A program made the position numbers and the translations under genes. Shown here one piece after another: positions 27,969 through 37,558 of a stretch of DNA of 64,000 nucleotides. The stretch is from a virus. The stretch lies in UHGV virus genome UHGV-0026213; one strand, 5' to 3'. The notes below the pieces were generated by a model. It saw nothing but the letters and a program-made list of their open reading frames with translations, was not told the DNA's origin and did no database searches. How positions within the stretch are numbered: position 1 is the first letter of the stretch; every line of letters starts with the position of its first letter.

Positions 27969-28111
27969 GTTACTAACTAATAAAGGGGGTGTTGTCACCA
28001 CCCCCTACTTAGTTCAGTAGTTGTTTCCCGTTCATAATTAATAGCCTTCTGTTTTTTTTTGTTTTTCGAGACGCATAAGGGGTCATAAGGGGGAGCCGAA
28101 GCTCCCCAGAC

Positions 28112-29674
28112 TCAAAAGAGTTCGTCACCCATGCCGCCGGTAAATACGTTAATCGACGAGGCTGTTACAGTTTCTTCTTTATCACAATCCCACGGCAAAA
28201 TGCCAACATCACGGAAAGGTATTACAGTATAATGATAAGCTTCTTTGGTATCAATAATGGTACGGTGTTTACCGCGTTGTACTTCTAAATAGCTGTGTCC
28301 GCTGACGACACGTTTGTTAAAATACATCTCACCGTCAGCTTCGTTGTCTAAGCTAGAACAGTTGTCGTAAAGACCACGACCAGGTAAGCTCTTACAGAAA
28401 CTTGCTGGGTCGAGTGCTTTTAATTTTTTGCCTTCAGGTGAGATTTGGTGTGGTGCTAAGAGGAAACCACGATTACGTACCACTTGGATGTTTCGCGCGA
28501 TACGATAAATTTCTTTAATGTCACTACCCGCAATACCGTTACCGTGTCCTGCTTTGCTGATAGTACCGAAATAGTCTCCGCGTATTCCAGCTACATGATA
28601 ACCTCGACGTTTTAAATCTAAAATCAAATCATTCAAATAGTGAATTTTAAAATCGGAGTTTGTGTGTTTTTGGAAAATATACTCCCAACCGTTTGCCCGC
28701 ATTTTACTACAGAGGTAATCTGACATTTGTGCATTGTGTAGCGCTTTTTCTTCGTCAGTTGCCGTTTCAGGTGCAACCATTACCGGAGCTGTACCTTCAA
28801 AGTGTCCGTAAAGTGCTTGATACGCGTAAGCCAAGTTAACATCTAATTCGTTTTCTAAACTTAAATCCAGAATAACCGGCTGTAAGTCACCTTTAACATT
28901 TGCCATCACCTTTTCTGGGGTGTTGAATACAGGAATGCTAATAGAGAGCAATAAACTGAATAATGACTTACAGTTAAAAGGAAGAGCAGGCATCAGCCAG
29001 AGTTCTTCGGTGATCCCTTTGTTACAGCCAAGCATTTGGTTAATTGCTTTCCACCCCGTACGCAACCCGTTCCCTGCCGCTTTCTTACTGATAGAGTCGA
29101 ATACATGTACGAAGGGTGCTTTATTGTCAGTAATCAATTCCCCTACCAGAGAAGGAATCTTATTATGAGAGCGTTCACTGAACGTGGATAAGGTATCCTT
29201 AAGGTCGTTGAGCGCCGTTTGTAAATCAACACGCGTTTCAGTGCCGTTCAGTGCGCCTAACGTACGACCCAATTTTTGTTTCAGTTGTACGCCTTGAATA
29301 GCTTGACGTAACTGAAAGTAGTATTGTGCTACTTGGCGATTAAGATGCTCGATGCGTGCTTCTGGTTCTTCTGGAATATCATCTTCCAGGAATTTGGTAA
29401 TCGTATCGTATAGAGGACGTATTTGCGTAGTGGCCAGTTTCAAACGTTTCATGACGTTTGTGTGGTCGTAAGGCATACCGCCGTCTATGATGGATGTGAT
29501 GATATCCTTGATTTCGACGAGGGCGGCACGTTCGTCACCTTCTTCTGCGTAATCAGGAAGCTTAGCCTCTAACAGCACTTTTCTTATGATGTCGTGGTCC
29601 TTTTCAGGATCGGTCAGAAGACTTTCAGCGTATAATGTGGCTAAGGCGGTTATCAACATCATTTTGTTATTCAT
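28112..29674 (-). CDS. hypothetical protein (520 aa) with hydrophobic N-terminus
   Basis: Minus-strand ORF adjacent to capsid candidate; N-terminal MLITALATLYA may be a signal peptide. Confidence 0.5.
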   Translation of the reverse strand: MNNKMMLITALATLYAESLLTDPEKDHDIIRKVLLEAKLPDYAEEGDERAALVEIKDIITSIIDGGMPYDHTNVMKRLKLATTQIRPLYDTITKFLEDDIPEEPEARIEHLNRQVAQYYFQLRQAIQGVQLKQKLGRTLGALNGTETRVDLQTALNDLKDTLSTFSERSHNKIPSLVGELITDNKAPFVHVFDSISKKAAGNGLRTGWKAINQMLGCNKGITEELWLMPALPFNCKSLFSLLLSISIPVFNTPEKVMANVKGDLQPVILDLSLENELDVNLAYAYQALYGHFEGTAPVMVAPETATDEEKALHNAQMSDYLCSKMRANGWEYIFQKHTNSDFKIHYLNDLILDLKRRGYHVAGIRGDYFGTISKAGHGNGIAGSDIKEIYRIARNIQVVRNRGFLLAPHQISPEGKKLKALDPASFCKSLPGRGLYDNCSSLDNEADGEMYFNKRVVSGHSYLEVQRGKHRTIIDTKEAYHYTVIPFRDVGILPWDCDKEETVTASSINVFTGGMGDELF

Positions 29675-29687
29675 GGAGCATCCTTAA

Positions 29688-30212
29688 ATGCAAATTCGTT
29701 TTAGTCCACCGTGGGAAGTTCAACCTAACATAGATAAAGGCGCTGCCGTTAAAAGTATAGAATTGCTCCAGGCAGGGTTCTTTAACTGGTTATATGACTG
29801 TCCGAATGGTTTCAGTTCTATTATCTTACCTGAAGTAAGTCGTTCTGCTATTTATAAAGCGTTAATGGCTCCGCCTGTGCTTCCAGGTAAATATTATGAT
29901 CAGGTGTTACGTCTGGTCGAATCAGGCGAAAAGGTTTCCCTTGACGATTTATATGGGGAAACAATTCCTTGTCGCGTACGTTGGGTGTTTACTCAACGTG
30001 GTGATACGATTGTGGCGTCATTTGCAGAAGCGAAGTCCGGTTCGGGTTTTTCTTCGGGTGAAGACCACGCTGCGAAAAAGATGTTCTGCGCAGAACTTTT
30101 TAAATATATGCGTACCAAGACTCGCGTCGTGGATGACTGCTTCAGTACCTCAACGCAGTTTGCCGCTAACGAAGTGCTGACGCAATTATACGCATGTCAT
30201 TTATCTCATTAA
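29688..30212 (+). CDS. hypothetical protein
   Basis: 174-codon ORF immediately upstream of capsid candidate. Confidence 0.5.
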   Translation: MQIRFSPPWEVQPNIDKGAAVKSIELLQAGFFNWLYDCPNGFSSIILPEVSRSAIYKALMAPPVLPGKYYDQVLRLVESGEKVSLDDLYGETIPCRVRWVFTQRGDTIVASFAEAKSGSGFSSGEDHAAKKMFCAELFKYMRTKTRVVDDCFSTSTQFAANEVLTQLYACHLSH

Positions 30213-30224
30213 GGTATTAAACAA

Positions 30225-32519
30225 ATGAAAGATACCCGAATCTCTAATCTGGAGAAACTCGTACAAGCTGGTAACTCGCTGGTACAAAGCGTCATTAGTA
30301 ACAACAGTGCTGGCGAAATGTGGAACACCATCGTTGCCGGTGAATCTGTACGTAGCAACACGAAAGTTTTTGGTACCCTGCGTGACGATGCTGCACAGCA
30401 CTACGCAAACGCGTTTGCTGGCGGCAAGAAAATGTCCCACGCTGCGGAAGTTGCTTCTGCAATGATTCTGGGTGCTGCTGGTCACGGTATGGACCTGCAA
30501 GAAAAAGTAGCGCAAGAATACGCTAAACCAGAATTCCATAGCCGTTTTAACCTGGACGTTGCGATTCCTGGTTCCCAAGCTGGTAACGGCGACTGGGGCA
30601 AAGATCGTATGGTTGTTGCTCAGGAATACTACACCAACAAAGATTACGACAAAAACCTGGGTCTGACCTGGACGCTGAACGTACGTGCTCTGGAAACTCA
30701 GTCTCGTTTCGCTGAGACTCTGTTCCCGACCATCACCGTTGACACCAATGACGTTGGTATTACCGTACGTACCAAAGTGACCACCGTTTCTCGTGGTGTC
30801 ATGCACGCGTTACTGACCAAAGACGTTGTTGAAGATCATCGTCGTAACCTGCACGAAGCGCTGACTGACCACACCGTTCTTCAGGACGAAGCGATCAACA
30901 TCGTTCCTTATGTAATGGAAACCGGTGAAAACGCTGAATACTTCGTAAGCGAAGATCTGGTACCGAACGAATCTGTTCGCCTGGGTCGTGTACCTCCGTA
31001 CCCGACTAACTACCTGAGCTTTGCTAAAGACACTCTGAACCTGTTCCAGCTGTCTGCGCATCCGGGTATCGTTCAGGAAGGTTACGACGAAACTGATGAA
31101 ATCGCACCGGGTTGTGCTCTGGGCAGCCTGCTGATTTCCGTACGTAAACCGACCGAAGAAGCGAAAGCAGGTAAATTCATTAAACTGCACGTTCGTGACA
31201 TGCAGTTCGCAACCTTCCAGCGTCCCGCTGAAGGTGACGGCCGTGAGCTGGTTCTGCAATTCCGTCGTACTGCGTTCTCTCTGAATGCGAAAACTACCGA
31301 CTGGACTGGTGCGGCTATTCCGGCACTGCAAGCGCTGGGTCAGAACTCCTACACCCTGCGTTATGTGATCACCATCAACATGTCTCTGTTCACTACCGGT
31401 CAGTTCGGTGGTAAAGTTGACATCGCTGGTCACAAACTGGAAATCGAAGGTCTGTACGATGCTACCGGTAACAAAGTTGATACCAAATCTGGTACCGGCA
31501 AAGTTATCCTGGACGGTCTGAAACTTGAACTGATGGGCTGGCGCTTCGATGGTACTCGTACCAACGAAAACCGTCGTACCCAGGGTCTGCTGCTTGACCC
31601 AATCTGGGAACAAGAAAACTACAAACTGCAATACGGTTCTCCGATCCTGACCAAGTCTCCGGTTGGCGTTGAATACGACGATACCGAACGTCTGGACGAC
31701 CTGATTTCCGCAGTTAACATCCGTAACGAACAGCTGGCTATCACTCAGACGCTGTCTTACACCGAAGCGGTACGTAACGCTGCTGCAAGCATGATCACTC
31801 CGTGGGACAAACCGGCCATTCGTGGTCTGGGCCGTCACTGGGTTGCTCCGTGGTTCAAAGAGTCTGACTACAACGTTGATGAAGTTGTACAGTCCCTGGA
31901 TACCAAAGATGCACTGATCAACGCTCGTCAGGGCCTGGTACAGCGTATCGGTAATCAGGTAACTCAGGCTATCCAGGAATCTCGCTTCATTCCTGCGCTG
32001 CGTCTGTACACTGCCGATCCGGACATTCTGCCGAAAGTTGTTATTGCAACTGACGAACCGACTGCATCTATGCTGCTGCTGGTACAGGGCGACCAACGTC
32101 TGCTGGGCGATCGCTACGAATACGAAGTGATCACCACCAACGATGACCGCTGGCGTATCTACAACGCAGCTGACGGTTCCTGGACTCGTCGTCTGCAATG
32201 GTTCCTGAAAGTTCCGACTGCGGACGATGGTTCCTACAACGTGCTGAACTGGGGTAACCACTTCTGGTCTCCGATCATGGTTACCAACATCAACATTCAG
32301 CGTAACGGTTCTACCTCTAAAGAGCTGGCCGTACAGCCGCGTAACGCGCACATCTGCCACTGCCCGATCACTGGTCTGATCTGGGTTAAAGGTATCACCA
32401 AACTGGTTGAAGAAAAACTGGCTTACAATGTTTCTGTTGAACAGAACGGTCAGAAACAAACCGAAGGTGGTGTAGCAGGTAACGTTGCTGGCGAAGGCAA
32501 AGCTGCTGCTGGTAAGTAA
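30225..32519 (+). CDS. putative major capsid protein (764 aa)
   Basis: Very strong codon bias; size typical of phiKZ-like capsid proteins; N-terminal region has several A-x-E motifs (AQE twice); strong terminator at 32535. Confidence 0.55.
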   Translation: MKDTRISNLEKLVQAGNSLVQSVISNNSAGEMWNTIVAGESVRSNTKVFGTLRDDAAQHYANAFAGGKKMSHAAEVASAMILGAAGHGMDLQEKVAQEYAKPEFHSRFNLDVAIPGSQAGNGDWGKDRMVVAQEYYTNKDYDKNLGLTWTLNVRALETQSRFAETLFPTITVDTNDVGITVRTKVTTVSRGVMHALLTKDVVEDHRRNLHEALTDHTVLQDEAINIVPYVMETGENAEYFVSEDLVPNESVRLGRVPPYPTNYLSFAKDTLNLFQLSAHPGIVQEGYDETDEIAPGCALGSLLISVRKPTEEAKAGKFIKLHVRDMQFATFQRPAEGDGRELVLQFRRTAFSLNAKTTDWTGAAIPALQALGQNSYTLRYVITINMSLFTTGQFGGKVDIAGHKLEIEGLYDATGNKVDTKSGTGKVILDGLKLELMGWRFDGTRTNENRRTQGLLLDPIWEQENYKLQYGSPILTKSPVGVEYDDTERLDDLISAVNIRNEQLAITQTLSYTEAVRNAAASMITPWDKPAIRGLGRHWVAPWFKESDYNVDEVVQSLDTKDALINARQGLVQRIGNQVTQAIQESRFIPALRLYTADPDILPKVVIATDEPTASMLLLVQGDQRLLGDRYEYEVITTNDDRWRIYNAADGSWTRRLQWFLKVPTADDGSYNVLNWGNHFWSPIMVTNINIQRNGSTSKELAVQPRNAHICHCPITGLIWVKGITKLVEEKLAYNVSVEQNGQKQTEGGVAGNVAGEGKAAAGK

Positions 32520-32534
32520 TCTTGCTTAAAAAGA

Positions 32535-32577
32535 GTCTAAGCCCTTCGGGGCTTAGACCTTTTATTTTTTTTTCTTT
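32535..32577 (+). terminator. strong intrinsic terminator after capsid candidate (UUCG loop)
   Basis: GTCTAAGCCC-TTCG-GGGCTTAGAC then 17-nt T-rich run. Confidence 0.75.
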
Positions 32578-32591
32578 CTATTATTTTTTGG

Positions 32592-32614
32592 ATAGATATT
32601 ATTAATGGGAGACG
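32592..32614 (+). promoter_or_regulatory. degenerate copy of promoter-like motif GGATAGATATTATTAATGGGAGA
   Basis: Partial match to the family consensus, follows terminator. Confidence 0.3.
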
Positions 32615-32641
32615 GCCAGTTGGTTTTAAAGGAGTATGTAT

Positions 32642-32692
32642 GGAAAAAATACAGTTTAAACTAAAGATATGTGTCATCATTAAAATTTAGCT
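32642..32692 (+). CDS. possible 16-codon leader ORF
   Basis: Strong RBS AAGGAG 5 nt upstream; ends 9 nt before ATG of 32702 gene, which lacks its own SD. Confidence 0.25.
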
Positions 32693-32701
32693 TGGGTTCC
32701 C

Positions 32702-33712
32702 ATGAAACGTCTTGATATTGATGTGGTGCCCAGTATCTCTGAACGCTCGTTATGTCAAACGTCTGGATTGAGGAAACTTGTTACGTTTGAAAATAACACT
32801 GGCGTGCCTATCCACGTCACTGAAACCAGTGGCGGTAGCTTTATTTTAAATGCTTCGAAAAACCCCGCTGATGAGCATGGGGTTATCGTTTACGTGACGT
32901 ATCAATCATACGGAAGATGCGCGAATCTCAATGGGTTTGCTGAACTGATGCCGGGAAAACAGTTTTCTCGCTTTTGCGACCAATTGAAAGAAAAAGGGGA
33001 GGTAACGTTAGAGTATGCAGTAAACGACGTTGGTGCGTTGCTGCGAGGAGATTTGGTTGTACTAAAGCAGTTAGGCTTTGCTTTCTCAACAACACCGATA
33101 CGCTTAGATAGTAAACCCCCAACTATGCGCCCTGGAGGTGAGCGCACTGAATTTACATTGGGTGTTGTTGTTGTGCAACGCTACGACGAGCCTGACAATT
33201 ATCGGTGGCTACGTTTCTACGGTACGAAAATGAAAATCGAACCAATAACGTCACGCTATTATGAACCGGGTGTTTACATGATAATAGGAGGTGGAACGAG
33301 GGTGGAAGGGAGTCGTATGATTCATTTTGAATTTGACGACATTACTTCACCGTTTAGATTATTTAAGGATGAGGCAGCGGCTGACGCGTTTCGATGGCAA
33401 GAAGCGGTTCCCGGTCTCTTTGAGATTAAGCAGCGTTTAGAGGAGCAGTACAAAGAAAAATTAGAAAGCTTGGATTCGGCAAAAGACAAGCTAGAATTGG
33501 AACACAAGAAACAACTACAGAGCATGGCTTTAGAAAAGGAGCGATTGACTTTAGCATTCAAGCAACAGGAATTGGAAGCGAAGTCACGGGCTGAGGCGCG
33601 TAAAGAATTCTACGAGACGCGTTCTTACATTCGTAAGGACGGCTCAGACCTATTTAAATCTGTCCCTGCGTATTTGGCGGCGGGTGTCGCATTTATAGGG
33701 ATGCTAACGTAA
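32702..33712 (+). CDS. hypothetical coiled-coil protein with C-terminal hydrophobic anchor
   Basis: C-terminal half rich in heptad-like E/K/L repeats; final segment VPAYLAAGVAFIGMLT hydrophobic. Confidence 0.5.
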   Translation: MKRLDIDVVPSISERSLCQTSGLRKLVTFENNTGVPIHVTETSGGSFILNASKNPADEHGVIVYVTYQSYGRCANLNGFAELMPGKQFSRFCDQLKEKGEVTLEYAVNDVGALLRGDLVVLKQLGFAFSTTPIRLDSKPPTMRPGGERTEFTLGVVVVQRYDEPDNYRWLRFYGTKMKIEPITSRYYEPGVYMIIGGGTRVEGSRMIHFEFDDITSPFRLFKDEAAADAFRWQEAVPGLFEIKQRLEEQYKEKLESLDSAKDKLELEHKKQLQSMALEKERLTLAFKQQELEAKSRAEARKEFYETRSYIRKDGSDLFKSVPAYLAAGVAFIGMLT

Positions 33713-33722
33713 GGAGCATGGC

Positions 33723-35498
33723 GTGTTTAAAGATGCAATCAAAAAGCTTAAAGAGAGTGGTAAAATAGTACCCTTTAACCGTGCGATTGCGGAAGGAGTC
33801 GGTTATACACAAGCCAAAGATGGTATTCACGATCGTGTACATCGTATCTTGAAACGTGAGCTAGATTACCATCCTGTAGAGAACCCTCGTGTTCCTGAAG
33901 GCTTGGCCGTGTTGGGTGTTCGTTTAATGTCGCCGTTCGAAACTTTTATCTATAAGCTGTCTCGTTCAGAGAGCAGCAGGATGGATAAGCGTCGTGGTGT
34001 GATGTCTATCGCGAATACCGATGCGTATATGGTCATGTCGTCGTTCCGTATTCCTGGAGACTCAAGACCAATCTCAAGACCGATTAACTTGCCTTTCATT
34101 CGTCGTGGTGGGTTGATGAACTATTACGGAACAACGTATCATGTTGCACCTGTTATTCATCAGCCGGGTATCTGTCGTGAGCACGGTGGGGTGTTTGTTA
34201 ATTTTGACTTTAAACGTAAAGCGTCATTAAAATTCTGTAAGCATCCGGTACGGATTTTAGTGAACGGGAAGAAAGAAGAATTGTTCTTGCCCGGAACAAA
34301 CAATTTGTTTAAAGCCAAAAACGCCACACATCCTGACACGGACGAAAAGCCGTTAATGTACTGGCTATTCGGACGTTATGGATTTAAGGAAGCCATCAAA
34401 CGTTATACTGGCGTGGATGTGGAGATATATCCTGCATTCAAAGTACCTGAAATCGATCTCGATAAAAAAGTAGTAATCAGTTCAGGTGAGCCTAAACATA
34501 ATCGGTCGATTATGTACGTAGTGACGGTTCCTGCAGAGGCTTTACCAAATCTCGATAAAGCGGGATGGGATCAAAACGAGCACTTATTACTCGTGGCGAT
34601 TTCTGCATTCTTTAAAGCAGCGCACTATTATTGCGGAAAGCAAGCGATTAAAAACGGCAACGTTGTTCCTTTACCGCCGTTGTTTACCGCGATTAACGAA
34701 CTTGCAATGGAGGACGATGTTGTAAACCTGAATTCCTCCGCAATTTGGCGGGAGATTTTGGGGAGAAGTATTGTTGGACTTAAACCGTCCGATATTGAAC
34801 TGGCACACAGCATGACGAAACACTATACGGAGTGTGAACGCTACGTTAACTCAACATTCCGTGGTGAGTTAATGATGTCAGATCCCGATATCCCGGACGA
34901 TATGGATATGTTTGATTTCTTCTGGTACGCGACGAAGTTGATGGTGAGAACACGCCTTACGAAACAAGGTGATATTCCGTCAATGTATGGAAAACGTCTG
35001 ACCGTAACAGATTACCTGTTATTGGGTGAGCGTGGCTTTACGCCTACCATCGCTGCGATTCGTTTCCACTTGGGACAAACGGAAAATCGAACACCGGAGT
35101 CTTGTGCGAACATGATACGCAGTGCGTTGAATAAAGACATTGTAACCAGCCTGGTATTACGCAACATTACCGGTAATGGTGGTGTAAGTTATTTCAACGC
35201 TTCTACCGAGTCTATGGTACTGGGGGTTTCAACCCATGCTATCAGCCAGACAGAAACAGAATCAAAACGTAACAGCAAAGGCGGTAAGACGGTTAACCTT
35301 AATGACCGGACAAAACATGCCTCTGCATCTCATCTGGAATGTGGTAACGTGTATTACATTCCGAAATCATCACCGTTCAAATCGGGTATTCTCAATCCGT
35401 ATATGAAGACGAACACCCAACTGGTGATGGTACGTAATCCAAAACTCAACGAGTTGATCCAAGCAACCGAAGAAGACATTGCGAAGATTGGCCGTTAA
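33723..35498 (+). CDS. hypothetical protein (591 aa)
   Basis: GTG start 6 nt after RBS AAGGAG. Confidence 0.5.
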   Translation: MFKDAIKKLKESGKIVPFNRAIAEGVGYTQAKDGIHDRVHRILKRELDYHPVENPRVPEGLAVLGVRLMSPFETFIYKLSRSESSRMDKRRGVMSIANTDAYMVMSSFRIPGDSRPISRPINLPFIRRGGLMNYYGTTYHVAPVIHQPGICREHGGVFVNFDFKRKASLKFCKHPVRILVNGKKEELFLPGTNNLFKAKNATHPDTDEKPLMYWLFGRYGFKEAIKRYTGVDVEIYPAFKVPEIDLDKKVVISSGEPKHNRSIMYVVTVPAEALPNLDKAGWDQNEHLLLVAISAFFKAAHYYCGKQAIKNGNVVPLPPLFTAINELAMEDDVVNLNSSAIWREILGRSIVGLKPSDIELAHSMTKHYTECERYVNSTFRGELMMSDPDIPDDMDMFDFFWYATKLMVRTRLTKQGDIPSMYGKRLTVTDYLLLGERGFTPTIAAIRFHLGQTENRTPESCANMIRSALNKDIVTSLVLRNITGNGGVSYFNASTESMVLGVSTHAISQTETESKRNSKGGKTVNLNDRTKHASASHLECGNVYYIPKSSPFKSGILNPYMKTNTQLVMVRNPKLNELIQATEEDIAKIGR

Positions 35499-35537
35499 CG
35501 AATTAAATTATAGAAAAGACGTAACAGGAGTATAATA

Positions 35538-37178
35538 ATGGCAACTGTCAATAAAGACGTAATTCGTAACCACATCTATAGCACGATCTCCAGTGGTCGT
35601 GATGAACTTTTATCGTATCTTTGTAATCAAGCACGTGCTGCTGGATTGAATGACGACAAATACATGGATAATGCCGTTACCGTCGCCACGTGGTTTGTAT
35701 ACAACCGTCGTCCAGATAACGAAACTGCATCGGCGATTCTGGCAACTTTTAAATCGACGCTGTATAGTGACTTACTGGGGCGTGGTATGCAGCCACTGGA
35801 CCCGCGTATTCACAGCCAGCTGGAACAGGAATTCCGTACGGCAAATCAGTATGCGGTACAAGCTAAACAGCTTATGGCGCAATCGAGCACTTTTGGTGGC
35901 CCAGCAATGGGTGGGTCTCCGAGCTTAGCGATGCCAGCGTCTGGCTTCCCAGGCAGCGGCTATGGTAGTCCACAACCAGCACCAGCGGTACAAGGGGGTT
36001 CTATCCCAATGTCAACTTACGATCCGCGCACAGCGGCACAGAAACAATCACCGCAACCGCAAGGTAACTTCGGCCAGCCTGCACAGCAACCCGTGCAACA
36101 GGCACAGCCTAAACCGACTGTTTCGCAGTCTATGGTGGAAGCTAACAAGCCGCGTGAGCTCGACGAGAAAACTATCGAAGAACTTGTCGAACGTTACAAT
36201 AAACCTATCATCGATCATTTCCGGGTGGAAATTGTGGAAGACTATTTAGATCACGAACTTAGAGAACAGATTAAGAAAAATATTCTTACGCCGAAAGAAC
36301 TCAATGAACGCATCAAGAATTCACCGTATTCTAGCCATCACAATTGGTCAGAAAAGGTTGACGAAATCATCGATAATGAAGACGTCGATTATTGCGTTTA
36401 TGATGAAGCGGATGTGATGGTGAAAACCGAAAGCGAGTATAAATTGTTCCCGATGGTGAGTACGGATTCGAGCAAAACTTACCTTCAAGAATTTTATACT
36501 GCCACCCGCCAGGCAATCGATGGTATCGAAGATATTCGCGATATTGACGATCCGGAAGAAATGCTGAAGCGTACGATCGATGAGGTGTTCCGCATCCGTA
36601 AAATGTCTGAGCGCCTACTGCAATATTTCAATACTCAGGCAGAGGAGCCGGATACACTGAAACAAAGCTGTGTGGAGTTTTGTCAGCAGTTTAACGCAAC
36701 ACTCACTGTTTTGGTTCATAACGCGATTTCTGTTGCGACAAACTACGGTAAAGGAATTCCAGGTACGAAATTTGTACAATTCGATTGTAACTTAAGCGAT
36801 CTCGAATACTTCCGCGACACGCTGTTCCCGCGCACTATCGGTGAAAATGGCGTAACCACGGCTGCGGATTTCTTCCGCGAACTGTGCTTGCTGGTTGCAC
36901 GTTCTGTTCGTAAGCTGCACTTCCGTCTGAAATCTAACGATCGTGCTATTGAAATTTGCCGCGTAACTTACACTATTCAACTGCCTGCGGATTACCCGTC
37001 TGCAAAAGGTCGCAATATCGTAGAGATTTCCTCCTTCGGTAATGCGTTTGAACCTATTGTCGGTATCTATGAAGCAATTAACCAACGCGCACCTGAAGCT
37101 ATTGTGAAGCTGGCTACCCCGTCGGTATCCTATACACTGCTTAGCAATGGTGAAATTACCGCACCGGTGCGTTACTAA
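35538..37178 (+). CDS. hypothetical protein with Q/P/G-rich low-complexity linker
   Basis: RBS AGGAG; region GGPAMGGSPSLAMPASGFPGSGYGSPQPAP...QPAQQPVQQAQPKP. Confidence 0.5.
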   Translation: MATVNKDVIRNHIYSTISSGRDELLSYLCNQARAAGLNDDKYMDNAVTVATWFVYNRRPDNETASAILATFKSTLYSDLLGRGMQPLDPRIHSQLEQEFRTANQYAVQAKQLMAQSSTFGGPAMGGSPSLAMPASGFPGSGYGSPQPAPAVQGGSIPMSTYDPRTAAQKQSPQPQGNFGQPAQQPVQQAQPKPTVSQSMVEANKPRELDEKTIEELVERYNKPIIDHFRVEIVEDYLDHELREQIKKNILTPKELNERIKNSPYSSHHNWSEKVDEIIDNEDVDYCVYDEADVMVKTESEYKLFPMVSTDSSKTYLQEFYTATRQAIDGIEDIRDIDDPEEMLKRTIDEVFRIRKMSERLLQYFNTQAEEPDTLKQSCVEFCQQFNATLTVLVHNAISVATNYGKGIPGTKFVQFDCNLSDLEYFRDTLFPRTIGENGVTTAADFFRELCLLVARSVRKLHFRLKSNDRAIEICRVTYTIQLPADYPSAKGRNIVEISSFGNAFEPIVGIYEAINQRAPEAIVKLATPSVSYTLLSNGEITAPVRY

Positions 37179-37222
37179 GGGGCTTCGTGCCCCCTAATCT
37201 ATAGACACCACAGGACAGTATC

Positions 37223-37471
37223 ATGGCAGCCTATGTTGATTACAGTAATACAAAAATTGAGTTAAAGGAGATTGATACCGCCGCTCGTTTAAAGCAACAG
37301 CTTAATCTGGAGTTATACCAACTCCAAGTTCGGATGCACGAACGCGAACAGTTCATTGAAAAACGCCCAATTTTCATTGACGATCGCCAAGTGAAACTGA
37401 TCACTGCGGAACTGGAGGTAATGGCCGCAGAGAAGTTGTTGTTAGAAGAACGTATTGCCGCTATTGTCTAA
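37223..37471 (+). CDS. hypothetical small coiled-coil protein
   Basis: 82-codon ORF between two hairpins. Confidence 0.45.
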   Translation: MAAYVDYSNTKIELKEIDTAARLKQQLNLELYQLQVRMHEREQFIEKRPIFIDDRQVKLITAELEVMAAEKLLLEERIAAIV

Positions 37472-37480
37472 TCGCCCCAC

Positions 37481-37514
37481 AGGAGAGCTTCGGCTCTCCT
37501 CCTTTATTTTTATT
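37481..37514 (+). terminator. intrinsic terminator (UUCG loop)
   Basis: AGGAGAGC-TTCG-GCTCTCCT then T-run. Confidence 0.65.
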
Positions 37515-37520
37515 CCCCAA

Positions 37521-37553
37521 TTTATTATAGCCGCCCACTATAGTGAGGGAATG
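37521..37553 (+). promoter_or_regulatory. variant promoter-like element TTATTATAGCCGCCCACTATAGTGAGGGA
   Basis: Shares TAGTGAG core with family; follows terminator, precedes RBS of 37559 gene. Confidence 0.3.
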
Positions 37554-37558
37554 AGGAA

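Noticed and set aside
28112-29674. 520-aa minus-strand protein considered as prohead protease or endolysin
   Set aside because: No catalytic motif could be identified by eye; position next to the capsid candidate is suggestive but insufficient.
37521-37553. CACTATAGTGAGGGA and TTAGGTGA resembling T7 and SP6 single-subunit RNAP promoters
   Set aside because: Only partial 8-mer matches; the family consensus differs from full T7/SP6 promoters and no single-subunit RNAP gene was seen in the window.
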